Positions 57,401 through 64,000 of a stretch of 64,000 nt of DNA are shown here, one piece after another. Location of the stretch: assembly GCA_963798845.1 (NCBI GenBank), contig CAWCUS010000006.1:896001-960000 (forward strand), in the 5' to 3' direction. The translations under genes and the position numbers were made by a program. This DNA comes from an uncultured Gemmatimonadales bacterium (lineage in GTDB: Bacteria; Gemmatimonadota; Gemmatimonadetes; Longimicrobiales; RSA9). A model generated the notes under the pieces. The model saw only the letters and a program-made list of their open reading frames with translations, was not told the DNA's origin and searched no databases. How positions within the stretch are numbered: the first letter of the stretch is position 1; each line of letters starts with the position of its first letter.

Positions 57401-57641
57401 CCACTTTGTCCGCCAGCCGGTTGTAGATGGGCACGAACAGGATCACCGCCGCGCTGACCAGGTACGTCCTGTAGAACGCGCCCGATGGCAGACCCGACAG
57501 CGCCAGCGCGTTCTTCGCCGGCTTCATGATCCCCACGGCCGTGACCACGAGGAAATACACGGCCATGAGGCCGAGCAGACGCTTGCGCTCGCCCTTCTGG
57601 TCCTCCGGGAAATCCGGCAGGAGATGATCGAGGATCGACAC
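54471..57641 (-). CDS. Npt1/TLC-type nucleotide (ATP/ADP) transporter-like MFS domain fused to HEAT repeats and a cNMP-binding domain
   Basis: IMKPAKNAL, TARSAYPLV, FVDYEF, FRYSAE, REILYVPVP, KAKTYID; helical repeats (DIRGKAL, GVREQAV, GVRTATL); C-terminal IEKVFLLQKIDL, LYVVVDGRV, FGTWAL. GTG start at 57641 inferred. Confidence 0.85.
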   Translation of the reverse strand: MSILDHLLPDFPEDQKGERKRLLGLMAVYFLVVTAVGIMKPAKNALALSGLPSGAFYRTYLVSAAVILFVPIYNRLADKVGWRTLVPAVAFFFSANLVLFRLAYREGSMVYGLAFYGWYDLFSAALVTQFFAATQLLLNARTARSAYPLVIGGGAIGAALGGGISASLAHVIGTPDLLLVAAAFILAFGIGILFVWPEDESGVQRARAKQIHRREQIVVGEFRQVFSNPHVQLIALTVLLAIMTKQFVDYEFNTLSEQQFGTLDAITRFQGIIGVISSTLPILSVLALRPVLRRWGVGVAVFILPVLMLVSTAVMAAAFSIYTVVIARTSDLTFRYSAERAGREILYVPVPDPIKLKAKTYIDVGIEKGFGKAFTAVLIFALVDLIGVPPFRLRFVVVGLALAWLAATVAIRREYVRTLARSIRGRFASFQGLSTLADASTVQVVRSALTGSDPVQTSFALDLVDQSGTTNTAPIKDALHDLLDHASPDIRGKALSILARDPGIVDIDRVRARLHDTARGVREQAVLAVVAVNRGHVRDTVAELMRDPDTGVRTATLACLTRGEIEVEGGDVLDPGYLDERWQQAYEGDRSARIELALAAGAMRTHPRARELLEPFLHDPDPLVASAAIRSAGLIGEPDFHAAIIAGLKAPGTRHAAREALADQGPRAVDILGSYLLDESAHPSIRRHIPSVLARVADQKAATLMLHSVVAPETDQLLDYRTLKALSQLRARFPDLSFDRDLVLASIFREVDAAARYAMARGCLHRLEARGPAASLLARSLKEAWSERQEGVFRLMGLLYPHDEVYRCFLAVRAGERSSSANAVEWLEEVLDRSLFEKVGPVLGEARLPRGTPAPDVTLAPLLLDGDPWIARLAVATLIEIGAHWSLEAVRGIIVPSTRGDLRTLAERLLADGDAGTRSSMDLIEKVFLLQKIDLLQDARSAHLALLASIAEEVEVEAGTVLIREDEPTDALYVVVDGRVEMRGVADQRLLAGPGQAFGTWALIDEAPSLVTATTVMPSRLLRIARADFYDLLADHAELALGLLQGLARRVRTLVA

Positions 57642-57841
57642 GGGTACGCGGTTAGCGTAGATCTGGAAGCCGGCTACATTAGAACCCGCCCTGCAGCGCC
57701 GCGCAATACGGCGCATTTCCGGCATCGCAGATCCGGATGGCGGGGGCGGTTGCAGGAAAACGATGCAGAAGAGGCAGGCGTTGCCACAACCGCGGGCCGG
57801 ATCGGCACGTGCGCGGTCAGGGGCGAGACGAGGAAGAGGCG

Positions 57842-58792
57842 GTGCGCGACAACATCTGGTTCTGGATCGGGTTCAATGCGTTCGTCCTCGCGATGCTCGC
57901 GCTCGATCTCGGCGTATTCCACCGGCGCACGCACGAGGTGAAGCTGCGGGAGGCGCTGGCGTGGACGGGGACGTGGGCAGCGCTGGCCCTGCTGTTCGGG
58001 CTGGGGCTTTGGCGGTTCGAGGGTGGTGGCCCGGCGCTGGAGTATCTGACGGGGTACATCATCGAGCTGTCGTTGAGCGTGGACAACATCTTCGTGTTCG
58101 CGCTGGCGTTCTCGTATTTCCGGGTGCCGCGCAGGCTGCAGCATCGGGTGCTGTTCTGGGGGATCCTGGGTGCGCTCGGCATGCGGGCGGGGATGATCTT
58201 CCTGGGAGCAGCGCTGATCCGTCGGTTCGAGTTCGTGATCTACCTGTTCGGCGCCTTTCTCGTATACACGGGCGTGCGGATGTTCCGGCACAGGGGACCG
58301 GAACTGAACCTGAAGGACAACCGGGTGGTCCGGTTGGCGGGTCGCGTGATGCCGGTGCTGCAGCGCTATCACGGGGACAAGTTCTTCGTGCGGCGGCAGG
58401 GGATCCTGGCGGCGACGCCGCTTTTCGTGGTGTTGCTGGTGGTGGAAGCGAGCGACGTGATGTTCGCGTTGGACTCGATCCCGGCGATCTTCGGGATCAC
58501 TCGCGAGGCGTTCATCGTGTACACGTCGAACATCTTCGCGATTCTGGGGCTGCGCTCGCTGTACTTCGCGCTGGCGGGCGTGATCGGGCTGTTCCGGCAC
58601 CTGCCGACGGGGCTGGCGGCGGTTCTCACGTTCGTGGGTTTGAAGATGCTGCTGTCGGACGTGATCCACGTGCCGGTCTGGGTAGCGCTCGGGGTGGTGG
58701 TGGGGATCCTGGGGATCTCCGTTGCGTGGTCGCTGCTGGACCGTGACGGCGAGCGGCAGGAGGGTGAGAGCCGCGACTTCTTCGAGGGGTGA
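57842..58792 (+). CDS. TerC/Alx-family membrane protein
   Basis: ELSLSVDNIFVF, QHRVLFWGILGA, ATPLF, DVMFALDSIPAIF, TSNIFAILGLRSLYF. Confidence 0.93.
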   Translation: MRDNIWFWIGFNAFVLAMLALDLGVFHRRTHEVKLREALAWTGTWAALALLFGLGLWRFEGGGPALEYLTGYIIELSLSVDNIFVFALAFSYFRVPRRLQHRVLFWGILGALGMRAGMIFLGAALIRRFEFVIYLFGAFLVYTGVRMFRHRGPELNLKDNRVVRLAGRVMPVLQRYHGDKFFVRRQGILAATPLFVVLLVVEASDVMFALDSIPAIFGITREAFIVYTSNIFAILGLRSLYFALAGVIGLFRHLPTGLAAVLTFVGLKMLLSDVIHVPVWVALGVVVGILGISVAWSLLDRDGERQEGESRDFFEG

Positions 58793-58906
58793 GCGAGTCT
58801 TTGCCCGGGTCGGGGCGGGCTCCTAGCTTGTCGCTCGTTCCGCGACGCCGGGCGGGAGAGCGTGCCCGCGCGCTCCGAGACCCTCGAAGCCGGGGATGAT
58901 CCGACC

Positions 58907-59397
<491 letters not shown>

Positions 59398-59401
<4 letters not shown>

Positions 59402-60495
59402 TGCATCTGGGCATCCTCGGGGGCGGACAGCTGGGGCGGATGATGGCGCTGGCGGGCTACCCGCTCGGAGTCGGCACTCGCCTGCTGGATCCCAAGGACC
59501 CGAAGTCCTCGGCGGAGGTGTCCACGGTGCTGGCGCATCCGTATGACGACGCGTCCGCACTGGCGAGCTTCGCCGAAGGTCTCGACGCGGTGACTTACGA
59601 GTTCGAGAACGTGGACGCGGCGGCGCTCGACTACCTGGACGACCACCTCCCCGTGCGGCCGCCTCGCCGGGCGCTGGAAGTGTCACAGGACCGGCTGACG
59701 GAAAAGCTCTTCTTCCGGGAGCACGGGATCGCCACGGCCCCTTTCGCGGCGGTGGACTCGCTCGGTGGGCTGGAAGCGGCAGTGGGGTCCGTGGGGCTTC
59801 CGGCCGTGCTGAAGACCCGTCGCTTCGGCTACGATGGGAAGGGGCAGGCGCTGATCCGCACGGCCGCAGACGTGGAGTCGGCGTGGGCGTCGCTGGGCGG
59901 GGTGCCGCTGATCCTCGAGGGGTTCGTCGCCTTCGACCGGGAGCTGTCGATCCTGTCGGTCAGGGGAACCGGCGGGGAGGAGGCGTTCTACCCGCTGGTG
60001 GAGAACCACCACGAGAGCGGGATCCTGCGCGTCTCCTTCGCGCCCGCGCCGGAGTGGACGCCGGCGCTGCAGGCGGCCGCGGAGTCGTTTGCGCGGACGG
60101 TGCTGGAATCGCTGGACTACGTGGGCGTGCTGGCGATCGAGCTGTTCCAGGTGGGCGACCGTCTGCTCGCCAACGAGATGGCGCCGCGCGTGCACAACTC
60201 CGGGCACTGGTCCATCGAGGGGGCGGAGACGAGCCAGTTCGAGAACCACGTGCGCGCCGTGCTCGGCCTGCCGCTGGGATCGACCGCGATGCGCGGCCAC
60301 GCCGCCATGGTGAACCTGATCGGCGCCCTGCCCCCGGTGGCCGAGGTCCTGCGGCACCGCGGGGCGCACCTGCACCTGTACGGCAAGGAGCCGCGGCCGG
60401 GAAGGAAGGTCGCGCACATGACCGTCCGGGATCAAGACCCTGCCGTCGTGCGTGCCACGGTGGAGGAGCTACGGTCGCTCGATGGGGCGAGATGA
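59398..60495 (+). CDS. purK: N5-CAIR synthase
   Basis: [45 protein letters not shown]. Confidence 0.96.
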
Positions 60496-61415
60496 AGGAG
60501 GAGCGGATGTCCAGCGAGGGCGAGCCCGGGTCGGAGCCGCGACGGGACGCGACGGAGGACGCGGCGTCGGCACCGTCCGAAGCGGAGGCGGAGCACGATT
60601 TCCCGCGCACTCTGGCCGAGCGCATGGCGAAGCGTCTGGGGATCAACGTCCCGGACCGGAAGAACGCTCGCCTCGCGCGCCTGATCGAGCGCATCAACCG
60701 GGATGACGAGCTGTACGCGCTCTGGACCGCGGCGAACGTGAACGCCATCACGCGTCTGGGCATGACCGATCACGGGCCGGTGCACGTGAAGATCGTCATG
60801 AACATCGCCATCCGTCTGCTCCACCTGCTCCAGGAGGCGGGCGTCGAGCCGAACATCGTCAAGGATCACGGCCTCACCCCCGACGACGCAGGGGTGGTCG
60901 TGGCGCTCGCCGCCCTCTGCCACGACCTCGGCATGAGCGTGCACAGGTCGGGGCACGAGGAGATGTCTCTATTCATCGCGCAGATGAAGCTGCGCGAGAT
61001 CCTCGCCGAGGAATACGACGTCGCCACCGCCACCATCATCCGGAGCGAGGTCCTGCACGCCATCATCGCCCACCGCTCCGGCGGGTCGCCCCTCACGCTG
61101 GAGGCCGGGATCGTGCGGATCGCGGACGCGCTGGACATGGCAAAGGGGCGCTCGCGGATCCCGTTCGAGCAGGGGAGCTCGGTGAGCATCCACAGCGTGT
61201 CGGCGGCCGCGATCGAGCGCGTCCACATCGACCGCGGCGAGACCAAGCCGATCCGACTGCTCATCGAGATGACGAACTCCGCAGGCGTGTTCCAGCTCGA
61301 CCAGCTCTTCCGCGAAAAGCTGAAGGGGAGCGGTCTCGAGCGGTACATCGAGCTGGAGGCGGAGATCGAGGGGGAGCGGGAGAAGCGGCTGGTTTCGGGA
61401 ACGTTCAGGTTGTAG
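60492..61415 (+). CDS. HD-domain metal-dependent phosphohydrolase
   Basis: TDHGPVH, CHDLG, IIAH, ADALDM. Confidence 0.85.
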   Translation: MKEERMSSEGEPGSEPRRDATEDAASAPSEAEAEHDFPRTLAERMAKRLGINVPDRKNARLARLIERINRDDELYALWTAANVNAITRLGMTDHGPVHVKIVMNIAIRLLHLLQEAGVEPNIVKDHGLTPDDAGVVVALAALCHDLGMSVHRSGHEEMSLFIAQMKLREILAEEYDVATATIIRSEVLHAIIAHRSGGSPLTLEAGIVRIADALDMAKGRSRIPFEQGSSVSIHSVSAAAIERVHIDRGETKPIRLLIEMTNSAGVFQLDQLFREKLKGSGLERYIELEAEIEGEREKRLVSGTFRL

Positions 61416-61417
61416 CG

Positions 61418-61500
61418 GACCGCCGAGGTGCCGGGCTGCCCGGGAAACCCGGGTGCTTCGGCACGTCGGCAGTCGGGATTCTCGGCTTTTCGGCTTCTCA
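61418..61500 (+). repeat. Degenerate 7-9-bp CG-ending tandem repeat tract
   Basis: gaccgccg/aggtgccg/ggctgcccg/ggaaacccg/ggtgcttcg/gcacgtcg/gcagtcg/ggattctcg/gcttttcg. Confidence 0.4.
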
Positions 61501-62628
61501 CCCTCCCGTGAACCCGCCTCGTGCGAACCTCCACCTCGCGGCCGCGAAGCCGAGACTGGCCAGGATCACCAGTCCCAGATAGCTGGGCCAGAGCTCCCGC
61601 AGGCCTTCGCCTTTGAGGAAGACGGGGCGGACGATGGCGAGGAAGTGGCGGATCGGGTTGGCGAGGGTGAGCCACTGAAAGAGCGGCGGCATGGTGAAGA
61701 TGGGGAACATGAAGCCGCTCAGGATGATGGCTGGCATGAAGAAGAGGAACATCACCATCAGGGCCTCCTGCTGGGTCCGGGAGATGGTGGAAATGAGGAG
61801 GCCGAAGGAGAGCCCGGCGACGATGTAGATGACCGCGGCGAGGAGAAGGACCAGGAGGTTGCCGCGGAACGGTATCCCGAACCATGCGATGGCGACGACC
61901 ATGACGAGCGTCAGCTGAACCATGGCGATGAGCGCCACGGGCAGCGTCTTTCCGAGGATGAACTCCGCGGGACGGAGCGGCGTCACCATGAGCTGCTCCA
62001 GGGTGCCGAGCTCGCGCTCGCGCACGACCGTGATGGAGGTCAGGAGCAGGCTCATGAGCATGACGATGACCCCGAGCACGGCCGGCACGTTGTACACGCG
62101 GCTGGCCAGGTCGGGGTTGTACCATGCGCGGATGCGCAGATCGACCCCCTGGGGAGGCGTGCCCGCCTGCTCTGCCACCCTGCGGGCGGCGAACTGGCGG
62201 ATGATCCGGAGGGCGTTGCCCTGAGCTACGGTGGCGGTGTTGGAGTTGGTCCCGTCCACGAGCACCTGGACCGTCGCGCCATCGCCCTCGAGGTCGGCGC
62301 TGTAGCCGGCTGGGATCTCGATTCCGACGATGGCCTTCCCCTTGTCGAGGGCGCGGGTCAGGTCCGCGGGCCGCTCCGAGCGGTCCACCACGCGGAAGTA
62401 TCCGGAGGCGGTGAGGCCATCGATGAGCTGGCGGGACTCCTGGGTGGCGTCGTGGTCCACGACGAACATGGGGGTCTGGCGGATGTCGGTGTTCACCGCG
62501 TAGCCGAAGATCACGAGCTGGACCACGGGCGCGACGAAGACGATCCTCTTGGTCCGCGGGTCGCGGAATATCTGGCGGAGCTCCTTGCGCAGCAGGCGGA
62601 GGACGCGCCTGGGCTCGATGCCGATCAC
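61498..62628 (-). CDS. ABC-2 type exporter permease (YbhR-like)
   Basis: KELRQIFRD, WYNPDL, RERELGTLEQLMVTP, LSGFMFPI. Confidence 0.9.
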   Translation of the reverse strand: MIGIEPRRVLRLLRKELRQIFRDPRTKRIVFVAPVVQLVIFGYAVNTDIRQTPMFVVDHDATQESRQLIDGLTASGYFRVVDRSERPADLTRALDKGKAIVGIEIPAGYSADLEGDGATVQVLVDGTNSNTATVAQGNALRIIRQFAARRVAEQAGTPPQGVDLRIRAWYNPDLASRVYNVPAVLGVIVMLMSLLLTSITVVRERELGTLEQLMVTPLRPAEFILGKTLPVALIAMVQLTLVMVVAIAWFGIPFRGNLLVLLLAAVIYIVAGLSFGLLISTISRTQQEALMVMFLFFMPAIILSGFMFPIFTMPPLFQWLTLANPIRHFLAIVRPVFLKGEGLRELWPSYLGLVILASLGFAAARWRFARGGFTGG

Positions 62629-63740
62629 GCGATCTCCTTCCTGAACACGTGGGTGGCGAGGCCGAGGCCGACCACGGCGAAGGCGATCATGAGCACCGAC
62701 TGGACCCAGAGCACCCCCGGGCCCACGCCCTTGAGCATGATCCCGCGCGTGACCACGACGAAGTAGCGCGCCGGCACGAGGTAGGTGACCAGCCGGAGCA
62801 CCCGCGGCATGGCTTCGATCTCGAAGAGGAAGCCGGAAAGGAGCATGGCCGGGAGCAGGGTGGTGATGAGCGCGATCTGGGTCGCGAGGAACTGGCTGCG
62901 CGTGGCCGCGGAGATGAATACCCCGAGCCCCAGGGCGCCCACCAGGAAGAGCACGGTCTGGGCGAAGAACACCACCACGGAGCCGCGGAACGGGACGCCG
63001 AAGATCAGCACGCCCGCGATCACGATCGTGGCCACGTCGAAGACGCCGATGCCCACGTACGGCGCCAGCTTGCCCAGGATGATCTCGAGCCGCGTGGCGG
63101 GCGTGGCTGCCAGCTGCTCCATGGTCCCGCGCTCCCATTCGCGGGCGATGGTGAGCGCCGTGAGCATGGCCGAGATGGTCATCATGATCACCGCGATCAG
63201 CCCGGGCACGATCATGTTCCGGCTCTCGAGCGTGGGATTGTACCACGTCCGCACCTCCGCGCTGAGCGGGGACGTCATGCTTCGCCCGCGTAGCACGACG
63301 TCGCGCGACCAGCGATCCACCACGGCGTCGGCGTAGTTGTGCGCGATGGTGGCCGTGTTCGCGTCGGCGCCGTCCAGGAGGAGCTGCACCGCGGCGCCGC
63401 GACCGGCCGCGAGGTCGGCGGCGAAGCGGGGCGGGATGACCAGCACCGATGTGGCGTCGCCCCTTCCCACGGCCGCGTCGATCTGGCCGAAGGACGAGAG
63501 TCGCCCTTCGATGTCGAAGTAGCCGCTGGCCTCGAAGGCGGCCACGAGCCCCCGGCTGCGGGCGGTGTTGTCCTGGTCGAACACCACCAGCTCCAGGTCG
63601 CGCACGTCCCACTTCAGGGCGTAGCCGAAGAAGAGGAGCATGAGCACGGGGAGCGCGAAAGCCAGCGCCATGCTGCGCGGGTCCCGTCGCAGCTGGATCC
63701 ATTCCTTGCGCGCGATGGCACGCAGCCGAGTCCAGCTCAT
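62625..63740 (-). CDS. ABC-2 type exporter permease (YbhS-like)
   Basis: KEWIQLRRD, WYNPTL, AREWERGTMEQL, LSGFLF. Confidence 0.9.
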   Translation of the reverse strand: MSWTRLRAIARKEWIQLRRDPRSMALAFALPVLMLLFFGYALKWDVRDLELVVFDQDNTARSRGLVAAFEASGYFDIEGRLSSFGQIDAAVGRGDATSVLVIPPRFAADLAAGRGAAVQLLLDGADANTATIAHNYADAVVDRWSRDVVLRGRSMTSPLSAEVRTWYNPTLESRNMIVPGLIAVIMMTISAMLTALTIAREWERGTMEQLAATPATRLEIILGKLAPYVGIGVFDVATIVIAGVLIFGVPFRGSVVVFFAQTVLFLVGALGLGVFISAATRSQFLATQIALITTLLPAMLLSGFLFEIEAMPRVLRLVTYLVPARYFVVVTRGIMLKGVGPGVLWVQSVLMIAFAVVGLGLATHVFRKEIA

Positions 63741-63757
63741 GGGCGCGCGCACCCCGG

Positions 63758-64000
63758 CTATCCTTCCACCGCGCCGCCTTCGCGGCGGATCAGGGCGACG
63801 AAGACGTCCTCGAGCGATGGCGCCACGCGGGCCACGCGCGAAGGCGGGTGGCCGGCCGCTTCCAGCGCGCTCCGGATGCCGGCCTCCGCTTCTCGGCGCG
63901 TCATGACGTGGACCACGCGGCCGAACATGGCGGCCTCCAGCACGGCAGGGGAGTGCCGCAGCGCTTCGACGGCCGCGGCCGGGTCATCGACGACCACCTC
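63758..64000 (-). CDS. ABC exporter ATP-binding subunit, C-terminal part (5' end outside window)
   Basis: AMFGRVVHV, PSLEDVFVAL; immediately upstream of two ABC-2 permeases. Confidence 0.75.
   Translation of the reverse strand, partial: EVVVDDPAAAVEALRHSPAVLEAAMFGRVVHVMTRREAEAGIRSALEAAGHPPSRVARVAPSLEDVFVALIRREGGAVEG

Noticed and set aside
54813..57941. 1042-aa plus-strand ORF
   Set aside because: Antisense to the Npt-HEAT-cNMP gene; codon-bias shadow.

Overview
GC-rich (about 70% by eye) bacterial chromosomal segment with about 59 protein-coding genes. I saw no rRNA, tRNA, CRISPR array, integrase or transposase. The gene repertoire (ADOP permease, stand-alone TonB-plug lipoprotein, pilin-like protein, VPS10/BNR protein) suggests Gemmatimonadota; this is inference only. 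Housekeeping and metabolic genes include glnA (5' truncated), rocD, nadE, ppa, mutM, gltA, arfB, ggt and purE/purK. Metal handling covers a ZnuABC-like ABC system, a DtxR-FeoA regulator with feoB, and TerC. There are also redox/sulfur-stress genes, peptidases and transporters. The best candidate for an undescribed system is a four-gene minus-strand operon (57641 to 51510): an Npt/TLC-type nucleotide transporter fused to HEAT repeats and a cNMP-binding domain, a receiver protein, a membrane histidine kinase, and a signal-peptide-bearing atypical (PI3/PI4K-like) kinase. This suggests regulated ATP export to fuel extracytoplasmic phosphorylation. A second exported kinase of the same type lies at 37802-38668. 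Other notable items: a membrane-anchored degenerate half-DEAD-box/cold-shock fusion, a membrane-anchored DtxR-2xFeoA regulator with a clear operator, an 8 x 25-26 bp hairpin tandem array after feoB, a frameshifted rhomboid gene, several palindromic operators, two sigma54-type promoters and signs of leaderless transcription. All family assignments come from motif recognition by eye, not database searches. Several start codons were re-picked from the ORF track.
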